A stretch of DNA of 64,000 nucleotides, from IMG/VR virus record IMGVR_UViG_2585427681_000002, positions 1,362 to 65,361 of that record; one strand, written 5' to 3'. This stretch comes from a virus. Taxonomy: Duplodnaviria; Caudoviricetes. Each line of letters starts with the position of its first letter. The first letter of the stretch is position 1. Shown here in pieces: positions 1 through 7,741 of this stretch. Both the position numbers and the translations under genes were made by a program. The notes beneath the pieces were generated by a model, which did no database searches, had not been told where the DNA came from, and was given only the letters and a program-made list of their open reading frames with translations.

Positions 1-104
1 TTCCATGGGATGGTCTCCATGCCGTCGGCGGCGGTTAGGGTTATGGATAATTCATAATCCCGCGGGTAATCTCCGGCTTTCTTTTTCCAGAGCCAGGGGT
101 TCGC

Positions 105-608
105 ATGTCGAATGGAATCAAGTGGGGGGCACTTTTCCTGCTGAGCCTTCTAATGGCCGGCTGCGCTAGCCAACGCTTGAGCTATGCACCGTCTGCTGCG
201 CATTTCAGTGATCGTCAGCAGGCTGCTGATTTTGTCGAGCAGTCGTTCTTTGAGGACTATGGAAAGAAATTCCGGCCGCAGTCAGTGTTGATCACCGACA
301 AGGTCATCATCTTGTCCGACGGAGTTATTTCTGAGGCCACAGGGTTTGCCTCTGCAGTCCCTATTGGCGCTGGCGCCATTGCTGCTGGCAGCAGCAGGAG
401 CGTGACTAAGGACGCCAGCAGGCGCATCTATTTGAGCTCTATTGACGACATCTCCATTTATCAAAAGCGTGGCAGATCTAGTCGTTTCACTGTGGTCATT
501 CGCGGAGCGGATGGCCGAGAGCTTGGGTCAATTCGGACCGGCAGCCTGGAGCGGGCGCAGCGATTCAGTGATGCCCTGATTTACCTGAAAGCCTCGGCCA
601 GGCCTTGA
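105..608 (+). CDS. Moron lipoprotein, paralog of 60545-61054
   Basis: Signal peptide with lipobox LMAGC; shares FFEDYxKKxRPQSVLxTDKVIILSDG with the 60545 ORF. Confidence 0.85.
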   Translation: MSNGIKWGALFLLSLLMAGCASQRLSYAPSAAHFSDRQQAADFVEQSFFEDYGKKFRPQSVLITDKVIILSDGVISEATGFASAVPIGAGAIAAGSSRSVTKDASRRIYLSSIDDISIYQKRGRSSRFTVVIRGADGRELGSIRTGSLERAQRFSDALIYLKASARP

Positions 609-669
609 TCTTGCCCGCGCATGTCGGCGGGCTCGTATGGTTTAATCGGGGATTGATAGGAGGATCGAT

Positions 670-855
670 ATGGCCAAGGAAACTAGAAAGCCGTGGGGCT
701 ATGCAGCAGTCACCCTGATGCCAACTGGCATCGGGTTCGCTTTCAGTGGGCTGATGACAGACCAGCCGGCCTTCATCTACAACGGCCTTGGCATGGCCAT
801 ACCGGGTGTGTTGCTGGCCGCCACGCATTTCTGGGCGGGACGTCGGCGGGCTTGA
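670..855 (+). CDS. Small two-helix membrane protein
   Basis: 61 aa, AGGA RBS upstream, two hydrophobic segments. Confidence 0.65.
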   Translation: MAKETRKPWGYAAVTLMPTGIGFAFSGLMTDQPAFIYNGLGMAIPGVLLAATHFWAGRRRA

Positions 856-871
856 GTTGTAGGGGGAGGGG

Positions 872-1666
872 TTAGGCGCGAGCTTCGAATAATTCGATCT
901 GCGCGGCCTGGGTGTCGCGGATGCTGATTGCCTCGGCGATGCGCTGCTGCGCAATGTCGATGTACCCAAGCGGGTTGCCACGTTCGTCGGTGTCTTTCTC
1001 GATGCCGATGAAACGTCGGCCCAGTTGAATGCAAGCAACACCGGTTGTTCCGCTGCCCATAGTGTTGTCGAGCACAACCTGGCCGGGGTTGGTGTAGGTT
1101 GCGATCAGGAATCGCATCCACGCCACAGGCTTCTGGGTTGGATGGAAGTTTGCCGTCTGCTTGTCGCTCGAGAAGAACTGCACCGACCGCGGGTACCGCT
1201 CGGTCGAGTCGTACTCGGTGAGAGACAACGCCTTGCCGTAGCACTCAGAGTTGACCGTTTTCCGCTTCGCCGTGCGGCGCTGGTGGCCATCGGTCATCTG
1301 CGGGTTGTAAACCGGCTGGCGCCGGTAGAAGACCTGGGCTGATTCGTGTGCCCGAAGCGGCTGCTTTTTGGCATTGAGGAAGCCCGTGGCGTTACCTTTC
1401 TCCCAGATCCACTCGTAGCGATAGTCACGCGGGTTGCTGGCCACCACCAGCGAGCTGAACGGTTGGGCCGCGCAGAGCACGATTGCTGCATTCGGCTTGG
1501 TAATGCGCAGGTACTGCTCCCACAGTGGCTCGAAGGGGATCACCACGTCCCAGGCGCACTTCGTCGTGCCGTAGGGCAAGTCAGCCAGCACCAGATCGAC
1601 GCTGGCGCTGGGGAGCGACCTCATCACCTCTAGGCAGTCGCCGCGGTAGAGGCTGACTTCGTTCAT
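872..1666 (-). CDS. DNA N6-adenine/N4-cytosine methyltransferase (beta class)
   Basis: Catalytic DLPYG (DPPY-like) precedes SAM-binding VLDNTMGSGTTG; HPTQKP motif; start MNEVSLYRGD at 1666. Confidence 0.92.
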   Translation of the reverse strand: MNEVSLYRGDCLEVMRSLPSASVDLVLADLPYGTTKCAWDVVIPFEPLWEQYLRITKPNAAIVLCAAQPFSSLVVASNPRDYRYEWIWEKGNATGFLNAKKQPLRAHESAQVFYRRQPVYNPQMTDGHQRRTAKRKTVNSECYGKALSLTEYDSTERYPRSVQFFSSDKQTANFHPTQKPVAWMRFLIATYTNPGQVVLDNTMGSGTTGVACIQLGRRFIGIEKDTDERGNPLGYIDIAQQRIAEAISIRDTQAAQIELFEARA

Positions 1667-1712
1667 CGCGGCCCCCTGTAGATCAGGTAGGCCATGTACA
1701 TCAGGGGCAGGA

Positions 1713-2084
1713 TCATGGCGCCACCTGCTTGCGGTAGCCTGCGTCGTAGAGCAGCCCAAGCCCCTCGAAAGCAGTCTGCACGCCAGGCCTCCAGTAGGTC
1801 GCCCACATCTCCTCGATCGCAGCAGCTCTTTCATCCGTCGCAATTTGCTCGGGCGTGCGGCATGGCGTGTAGTCCACCTTGTCCGTACGCGTGGTGATGA
1901 ACGAAAGCGATTCGGATCCGTCGCTATGCAACTCCATCAGCCATTCGTGCTCGGCCTTGCGGGCAATAACCTTGACGCGGCGGGTGTCGAGATTGTCGAA
2001 GCCCCAGATCGTGTTGTGTGGCGTCACCATGCATTCGGTTCCGGGCGGTGGCAGCCCTTCGCCATTCCAATGAACATTGCTCAC
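1713..2084 (-). CDS. Hypothetical phage protein
   Basis: Co-oriented in operon, start overlaps stop of upstream ORF. Confidence 0.7.
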   Translation of the reverse strand: MSNVHWNGEGLPPPGTECMVTPHNTIWGFDNLDTRRVKVIARKAEHEWLMELHSDGSESLSFITTRTDKVDYTPCRTPEQIATDERAAAIEEMWATYWRPGVQTAFEGLGLLYDAGYRKQVAP

Positions 2085-2221
2085 AGCGAATACCTCTCTT
2101 CATTCCAGCACGTCACACCGCGGCGGCTGTCGTGCTGCACGTCGATGACGTTCGCCTGGGGCTGTGGTTCTGCGCTGGAGCCGGTGGCCAGCAGGAGGAG
2201 GCAGAGGGCGAGGCGGGTCAT
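2081..2221 (-). CDS. Small signal-peptide protein (46 aa, MTRLALCLLLLATG...)
   Basis: Read by hand; 4-nt stop/start overlaps with both neighbours. Confidence 0.6.
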   Translation of the reverse strand: MTRLALCLLLLATGSSAEPQPQANVIDVQHDSRRGVTCWNEERYSL

Positions 2222-2577
2222 CGGCTATGCTCCCCATTGGAACGCTCGCAGTCCGCGGCGAGCTTCATCAGGTTGATCGTGGTGGGGCTGAACCCATCGG
2301 TGTTTGGGTAACCCTCAAAGCGATGGCCGGCCGGATAGGGTTCAAACGGACCGTGCCAGCACCAGTTCATTTTCCAGTCTTCCCAAACGGTGTAGGCATC
2401 GCAGCCTTCACCCCAGTAATTCACTCCACCTCCCACGCTCCAGATATTGCTGACCCGCGTGCCTTGCTCGTAAGCCAGTTCGGTCGGTTCGCCCTTGTCG
2501 ATCCATGCGCCGTGGAACTGCGACGGTGCTATTTCCAGCAGGCGCTTGCTGCTCTTCTTCTCGATGCGCGCCTTCAT
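2218..2577 (-). CDS. Hypothetical phage protein
   Basis: ATGA overlap with 2574-2867. Confidence 0.75.
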   Translation of the reverse strand: MKARIEKKSSKRLLEIAPSQFHGAWIDKGEPTELAYEQGTRVSNIWSVGGGVNYWGEGCDAYTVWEDWKMNWCWHGPFEPYPAGHRFEGYPNTDGFSPTTINLMKLAADCERSNGEHSR

Positions 2578-2867
2578 GACTGCACCTCAGCGTTGTAACG
2601 CTCGTATCCCTCGCCATACTCCCAGCAGTAGGTCGCCGGCCAGCATCCCCGCGTGCCCTCGGGAACCAGGTTGTACATGCGGTCATAGGTGCCATGCCCT
2701 GGGGTTGTCTTGACCCATACATGCTCGGGGCCGCCAAGCGCCCAGCCGGGATGCTGCTCGATCGCCGCGGCCATGAACTGCTCCAAGTCGTGATGACCCT
2801 TACTCATGACGATATAGGTGTCTTCACCAACGCTACGCACATCGAGCGGATATTGATTTGTGGTCAC
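2574..2867 (-). CDS. Hypothetical phage protein; degenerate copy at 59863-59975
   Basis: Operon position; VRSVGEDTYIVMSKGHHDLE matches the relic copy. Confidence 0.8.
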   Translation of the reverse strand: MTTNQYPLDVRSVGEDTYIVMSKGHHDLEQFMAAAIEQHPGWALGGPEHVWVKTTPGHGTYDRMYNLVPEGTRGCWPATYCWEYGEGYERYNAEVQS

Positions 2868-2870
2868 CGG

Positions 2871-3206
2871 TCAGCCCTCCGTTCCCGCCAGATAGGACGG
2901 CTCAGTGGTTTCTGCCAGCCATTGGCGAAGACAGCCGCATTCCGCATGCGGGGGAACCTCATCCACCCATTGGCGATCAAGCATGCTTTCGCTCGTGAGC
3001 TCAACGTCCCAGTCGGCGTACTCGGACGGGTCATCGCCATTCATTTCAGCGAGGATGCGGCGAGCCTCGTCTTCGCTGGTTGCCGCCACCCAGTCGCAGT
3101 CGCCAACCTGATAGCAAGCGAGGGCTGGCCGAACTGGCTGGCTACCATCGAGCTCAAATGGCGGAGGTGTGATTTCTTCAGGCATGACGATTCCTTGGCC
3201 GCTCAC
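2871..3206 (-). CDS. Hypothetical acidic phage protein (alternative start 3185)
   Basis: Operon position. Confidence 0.7.
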   Translation of the reverse strand: MSGQGIVMPEEITPPPFELDGSQPVRPALACYQVGDCDWVAATSEDEARRILAEMNGDDPSEYADWDVELTSESMLDRQWVDEVPPHAECGCLRQWLAETTEPSYLAGTEG

Positions 3207-3266
3207 TCGCGGCAGTTGAATAGAGGGGAGAGGGGTTACAGTAGAAAGAGTACGGATGTACTCCTG

Positions 3267-4166
3267 TCAGTGTTCGGCGCCTGGACGGGCGCAGGCGTTC
3301 TCGGCCATCACCCGACATTCGACTTTCGTCGGCCCTTGGTATTTGGCGCAGCAGGGGTGAGTGCAGGCGTTGCAACCATGTGGGTCGTCCGGCGCGGCTG
3401 GTTCTGCGCTGGCATTACGGCGATGCTCGTCGTAGATCCTTTGCGATTCTTCGTCACTCTTCAGGCAACCGCACCGGTATGGGTGGGCGGTGTAGTCGAT
3501 ATGGCACAGGCGATCCGGATAGCCGACTGGCGCGTTCGGCTCTGCGCTGTCGGTCAGCTGGGCGGTTGCTTCAGTGGCATTACGCCCGAGGCGGGCTGCC
3601 CAGTAAGTCGCGGACTTGGTGCCAACCGCAACCTCGCGGCAGATCCAGTCGGACGCTTTTCGGAATTCATCGCCCAACTTGCGCAGGAGCGCACCTTGTT
3701 CGGCCAGTCGAGCGCTCAGGCTGTCGGAAGCGTAGTCGCCCTCAGCGACCATGAGGTCCAAGCGTTTCACTTCGGCACGCAGTTCCCCGGCCTCACCAGG
3801 GGGAGCCATGGGGCCGAGAGCCACAACCGACTCGCCGATAAGCTGTGCGTCTTGCTCGGCCTGAGCCCTGTCCCACCAGATCGCCGAGCCAACGAGCCAG
3901 GCGACTGCATATCCCTGGTTCTGCCCGGCTTGTTTAGCCATGGCCTGCACGATGCCCAGCAGCCGCTCGGGGCCGATCTCGTCGGTATGGCCAAGGCAGA
4001 CGTGTTCGCCGTCCGGCTGTGTGCACTGGCAATCATCGGTGAGCTCTTCCGAGCTACCGACCCAGCCGCAGCGAGTGCATTCGACGGCATAGTAGCTGCC
4101 GCCCAGGGGCGTCTCGCCGATCACGGGCGGGATGCTGGAAGTTGTGGATCGGTTTTCTGTGGGCAT
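3267..4166 (-). CDS. Hypothetical protein with Cys-rich (CxxC) ends and central coiled coil
   Basis: CTRCGW near the N-terminus and CNAC/CAKY near the C-terminus. Confidence 0.75.
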   Translation of the reverse strand: MPTENRSTTSSIPPVIGETPLGGSYYAVECTRCGWVGSSEELTDDCQCTQPDGEHVCLGHTDEIGPERLLGIVQAMAKQAGQNQGYAVAWLVGSAIWWDRAQAEQDAQLIGESVVALGPMAPPGEAGELRAEVKRLDLMVAEGDYASDSLSARLAEQGALLRKLGDEFRKASDWICREVAVGTKSATYWAARLGRNATEATAQLTDSAEPNAPVGYPDRLCHIDYTAHPYRCGCLKSDEESQRIYDEHRRNASAEPAAPDDPHGCNACTHPCCAKYQGPTKVECRVMAENACARPGAEH

Positions 4167-4249
4167 GGGGATATCTCGCGGTCATTGCAAATGCTGAAAA
4201 AATATGGCTCAGTACCATGGACTCACCACAAGCCCCTCGGTGAGTAACC

Positions 4250-4345
4250 ATGTACTTCCTCCAAATCCTCAAAATCTTCCTTCTTGTCGCCAGGCTGGCG
4301 AACGAACTCATCCGCCTGTTCGACCACTTCAGGCCGCTGCCTTGA
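4250..4345 (+). CDS. Putative 31-aa hydrophobic/amphipathic peptide, antisense to the operon
   Basis: MYFLQILKIFLLVARLANELIRLFDHFRPLP; GGTGAG SD; SD and ATG lie in a 16-bp hairpin at 4211-4256. Confidence 0.4.
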   Translation: MYFLQILKIFLLVARLANELIRLFDHFRPLP

Positions 4346-5252
4346 GAGCCTCGACAAACCGCTGGCCCAGCTTCGGAGGCACAGCGTTTCCGGTCATGTG
4401 CATGGTCAGGCGATGGCTTGCTGGGCGCTTTGTGTCCGTCGGGAATGTCTGGGCAGCCAGCGCCTCATCGGCGCTGAGCATGCGCATGCGGCCGCCGTTT
4501 ACCAGAGCCCACCGGTCGAGGGTTGTAATCGTTCCGATCGGGCGATTGATGTCACGCCCAGTGAGCCCGGACCCCTTGCCGTAGTACGGCATAATGAATC
4601 GATCGCCGAACCGCTGGCGGCCATTGCGAACCCTGTCGAGGGTGGCCTGGGCGCGACCAGGCTTCTCGATTTCTGACCAGCGCCCCGCCTCGAAGTCGAG
4701 GAAGCTGCTGGCCGGAACGTGCTGCTCACGCTGGAACTGCAGCATTAGCGGTGCCCGACTGCGCGTGATGACAAGGACCAGTCGAACGCGGTGTTGCGGA
4801 ATCCCGAGGTCGGCGCAGTCAACGACATGCGGGGCGACCTGATACCCCAGTGCCTGTACGGCAGCAAGCCAGGCCGGGTAGAGCGCCCAGGCAATGAACT
4901 CTTCGACGTTCTCGACTAGCCCCGCTTCGGGGCGGTGGAATTCAAGGGCTGATACCACCGCCCAGGCCGTCGAGCGCGATGCGTCGTGCCGCGGGTTGCC
5001 AGATGCCTTGCCGCGCGCTCTCGAATGGCCCTGGCAGCACGGTGAGGCCAGCAGTAAGTCGTGGGCTGGAACCTCTTCCCAGCGCGCTTGGTGTAGGTCC
5101 TGGCATACGTGATGTGTGTCAGGGTGATTGGCTGCATGCCACTTCACGGCCTCTGGCCAGTGGTTTGCTGCCCAGAGGACTTTGACACCGGCATCGCGCG
5201 CGCCGGTGCTCCATCCGCCGAGGCCGGCGAACAGGTCGATTGCTGTGGTCAT
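4329..5252 (-). CDS. C5-cytosine DNA methyltransferase
   Basis: DLFAGLGG (motif I), SPCCQG (motif IV, PC), ENV (motif VI), QHRVR, TGNAV. Confidence 0.95.
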   Translation of the reverse strand: MTTAIDLFAGLGGWSTGARDAGVKVLWAANHWPEAVKWHAANHPDTHHVCQDLHQARWEEVPAHDLLLASPCCQGHSRARGKASGNPRHDASRSTAWAVVSALEFHRPEAGLVENVEEFIAWALYPAWLAAVQALGYQVAPHVVDCADLGIPQHRVRLVLVITRSRAPLMLQFQREQHVPASSFLDFEAGRWSEIEKPGRAQATLDRVRNGRQRFGDRFIMPYYGKGSGLTGRDINRPIGTITTLDRWALVNGGRMRMLSADEALAAQTFPTDTKRPASHRLTMHMTGNAVPPKLGQRFVEALKAAA

Positions 5253-5265
5253 TGGGTGCTCCGAG

Positions 5266-6423
5266 TCAGCGTTTCGGATAGGTCTTGGTGAAGTCGCCGT
5301 TGACGACATGTCCGCGGCGCAGGATGAGGTTTGCCAGTGCGGCGCGGTCCTTCCGGCTGTGGCTGGCTTGGCTTAGGAGGCCAAAGTAGCTGTTGGCCGT
5401 CTCGCGCAGGTTGTCCGCCGGCACCGCTGCCGTTCGCTTCAGCGCCTGAGCAGCTGATCGCTTCCGCGTCGTTCTTCGCCACGGCTTGATCACGTGCCCG
5501 ACGAAGTCGACGCCGCGATCAATCGGCTGCAGGATCGTCTTCGACGGGTTGAGCCTGACTCCCAGGCCCGGCAGGAACTGCTCGATCCGCCAGAGCCACT
5601 CGTTCAACTGCTGCGGCGACTCATGCAGCAGGACGAAGTCGTCGACGTAGCGGATGTAGTGCCTGACCTTCAACTCGTGCTTGCAGAACTGATCCAGGGC
5701 GTCGAGGTAGACGTTCGCGAAGAACTGCGAGGACAGATTGCCGATCGGTAACCCCAGGTGCGCAGGCTGCGTCGTGAGCTGCTTGTGCTGCGGCACGCGA
5801 TTGAATAGATGGCGCGGGCTGCGTATCTCGTAGTCTTCGCGTGGGTCGTGCCACAGCACCTGCAGGGCGAGCTGCAGCCACCATGGTTCGGCGATCCGCT
5901 TCTGCAACTGGGCGGCGAGCACGCGCTTGTCGATCGACACGAAGAAGTTCGCGAGGTCGCACTTGAGGTAGAAGCCCGGTCGCGACCAGTTCTGGGTCTG
6001 GCTTCGAATTTTCGACTCAAGCCGCGTGGCGGCATACAGCGTGCCTCGTCCGGGGATACAAGCGCAGCTGTCCGCTATGAAGCTGCGCTCGATCGCGGGG
6101 CCAATGCGGTTGTAGAGCAGGTGGTGAACGATGCGGTCGCGGAAGTCGGCGGCCCACACCTCTCTGGCCTTTGGCCTCGTGACCACGAAACAGATCGAGC
6201 GACCAGGTCGATAGGTCCCGGCCTGGAGCTCGTCGAATAGGTCGAGGAGATTGGCCTCCATGTCGACTTCGAAGCGGCGGGCACTCGCAGTGTTCCGTTT
6301 GTGTCGCCGGCAGTCGTAGTAGGCAATGACCAGCTCCTCGAATGTGAAGCTCGCAACGGGTGAATCTGCGGACGGGGCGCACGAGACGCTCGTTGTTCTT
6401 GTCGTTGTTGTTGAGCCAGCCAT
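5266..6423 (-). CDS. DGR reverse transcriptase
   Basis: FRDRIVHH, KCDLANFF, GLPIGNLSSQFFAN (SQ motif typical of DGR RTs), YVDD, VDFVGH. The only in-frame ATG before the conserved N-terminus is at 6423, inside TR (TTG at 6429 is an alternative). Confidence 0.96.
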   Translation of the reverse strand: MAGSTTTTRTTSVSCAPSADSPVASFTFEELVIAYYDCRRHKRNTASARRFEVDMEANLLDLFDELQAGTYRPGRSICFVVTRPKAREVWAADFRDRIVHHLLYNRIGPAIERSFIADSCACIPGRGTLYAATRLESKIRSQTQNWSRPGFYLKCDLANFFVSIDKRVLAAQLQKRIAEPWWLQLALQVLWHDPREDYEIRSPRHLFNRVPQHKQLTTQPAHLGLPIGNLSSQFFANVYLDALDQFCKHELKVRHYIRYVDDFVLLHESPQQLNEWLWRIEQFLPGLGVRLNPSKTILQPIDRGVDFVGHVIKPWRRTTRKRSAAQALKRTAAVPADNLRETANSYFGLLSQASHSRKDRAALANLILRRGHVVNGDFTKTYPKR

Positions 6424-6466
6424 TCTCAAAGTCCATGTTGTAGGCGTTGTTGGCTGAGTACTGCGA
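6365..6466 (-). repeat. DGR template repeat (TR), 102 nt
   Basis: Sense reads SQYSANNAYNMDFENGWLNNNDKNNERLVRPVRR; 9 AAY codons, 31 adenines; aligns without gaps to both VRs. Confidence 0.97.
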
Positions 6467-6621
6467 CCTGTCGTGCTATCTACGTCGCCGGGACGATTGC
6501 TCAGCCCGGGAACTGCGCCAGACCTACCGGCATACGTCGGCGGTTTCTGCGGTGCGCATGGCGGTGTCCACAGGACAGCGGCACGACCAGATTCAGCGCT
6601 CAGGCGGGAGGGCCGTAACCC
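6467..6621 (-). ncRNA. Putative structured 5' spacer of the DGR RNA
   Basis: Non-coding gap between avd and TR; 6468-6476 pairs with 6581-6590 (one bulge); small internal hairpins. Confidence 0.5.
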
Positions 6622-6975
6622 TCAAGCAGCGGGCGCGGTTGCGGATTTCTTCCAGGCGTTCGCCTGGCGGCCGACGGAGGCCGTGAGCTTCATTGCAGTG
6701 GCGTGCTGCCCCTTGCTGATGAACCCCCGGGTTGTGAGGGCGCGCAGCAGGTAGTTCAGCATCCACACGCTTTCGAGCAGTTGGTTGAGGTGGGCGAGAC
6801 GATCCCGGCTCATGTTTGCCCGACCGATCAGCACGAGCACCTGAAGGCATTCGTCACGAATCTTCGAGCCAACGACCTGCTTCAGGTCTCTCGGGATGTT
6901 TCGTACCAGGTCAAGTGCAAGCCCGAGCAGTTCTTCAGCAACCTTGTGGATTTCCAAATCCGTGTGCAGCGCCAT
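6622..6975 (-). CDS. avd: DGR accessory variability determinant (Avd-like four-helix bundle)
   Basis: 117 aa, helical, C-terminal SVGRQANAWKK resembles the Avd ExGxxxGGW motif; sits between target and TR; GAGG RBS. Confidence 0.88.
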   Translation of the reverse strand: MALHTDLEIHKVAEELLGLALDLVRNIPRDLKQVVGSKIRDECLQVLVLIGRANMSRDRLAHLNQLLESVWMLNYLLRALTTRGFISKGQHATAMKLTASVGRQANAWKKSATAPAA

Positions 6976-6996
6976 CCTGGCATCCTCGAAAAGCGA

Positions 6997-7012
6997 GGGC
7001 GCCTCTGCGCCC
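6997..7012 (-). promoter_or_regulatory. GC hairpin downstream of VR1 (candidate retrohoming hairpin)
   Basis: GGGCGC-AGAG-GCGCCC, 6-bp stem with 4-nt loop, 33 nt after the end of VR1. Confidence 0.55.
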
Positions 7013-7032
7013 ATGAATGAAGAAGTGAAGTA

Positions 7033-7620
7033 TCAGAAGTATTTTCTGCGGACGGGGCGCACGAGACGCTCGTAGAGCTTGCCGCTGCTGAGGAGCCAGC
7101 CATCCTCAAAGCCCAAGTAGTAGGCGGTGCCGGCTGAGTACTGCGAACTGGTCCAGTGGATGCCCTTGGAGAAAGTCTCCGGAACTGTGCCTTCCAGGAA
7201 CGACGCCTCGCGCCGCGCCATCAGGTAGAAGTCCTTGTGCCCATCCCGCTCGAACTTTGCGCAGAACTGGGCGGCCGGGTAGGTGTTGTCTGTTTCGACC
7301 AGGTCGGCAGTGTTCGTCATGCCGTCGTGCGGGCTCATTGCGCCAGTAAACTCTTCGCCGTAGCTGCCGAACTCCAGCCTCGCCTCGGCGTCGGCGCCGG
7401 TTGGGATGATCAGGTAGTACGGCCTGTCGCCGCCTTGGAACAGCCCGCCATTCACGCCACCCTCACCGGGCCATGGCTCGCCAACGGCGGGAACGCTGTT
7501 TGCCTCGATGGCTGGCGCCGCGGCGATGGCTAGGGTTGCCAGCTTCAGCACTACACCCTTGTCCGGACTGCTGATCGTCAAGTCGCCACTGGTGTAGGTG
7601 GTCAGTTGATTCGCTTGCAT
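7033..7620 (-). CDS. DGR target protein 1 (DUF1566-like, predicted C-type-lectin fold), 195 aa
   Basis: AGGAG RBS before the ATG at 7620; C-terminal WTSSQYSA...RLVRPVRR contains VR1; no signal peptide or TM segment seen. Confidence 0.9.
   Translation of the reverse strand: MQANQLTTYTSGDLTISSPDKGVVLKLATLAIAAAPAIEANSVPAVGEPWPGEGGVNGGLFQGGDRPYYLIIPTGADAEARLEFGSYGEEFTGAMSPHDGMTNTADLVETDNTYPAAQFCAKFERDGHKDFYLMARREASFLEGTVPETFSKGIHWTSSQYSAGTAYYLGFEDGWLLSSGKLYERLVRPVRRKYF
7045..7146 (-). repeat. Variable repeat VR1
   Basis: 15 mismatches to TR over 102 nt, all at TR adenines; encodes SQYSAGTAYYLGFEDGWLLSSGKLYERLVRPVRR. Confidence 0.97.
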
Positions 7621-7741
7621 GGAGAGCTCCTGTGAGCGAGATAAGGGTGCAGGCGGCCGGCGCTTCCCGGCGTGCTTCTGGTCTGATCGCCATCCTGACG
7701 AACCCGGAATCGCCTGCGAGAGAAAGAAATGAAGGGGTGAA

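Noticed and set aside
4194-4212. LexA box upstream of the small peptide
   Set aside because: Spacing is CTG-N13-CAG, not N10.
2694-4247. Long opposite-strand ORFs (also 10256-11083, 20946-22244, 33929-34861, 41008-42180)
   Set aside because: Shadow ORFs of GC-rich coding strands with no motifs, fully overlapping better-supported genes.
6322-6336. ATT start for RT after GAGGAG
   Set aside because: It would remove the FTFEEL segment that matches the conserved DGR RT N-terminal helix.
5266-6423. RT as a group II intron, retron or Abi RT
   Set aside because: No maturase or endonuclease extension. The SQ motif, adjacent avd and adenine-specific TR/VR pairs identify a DGR.
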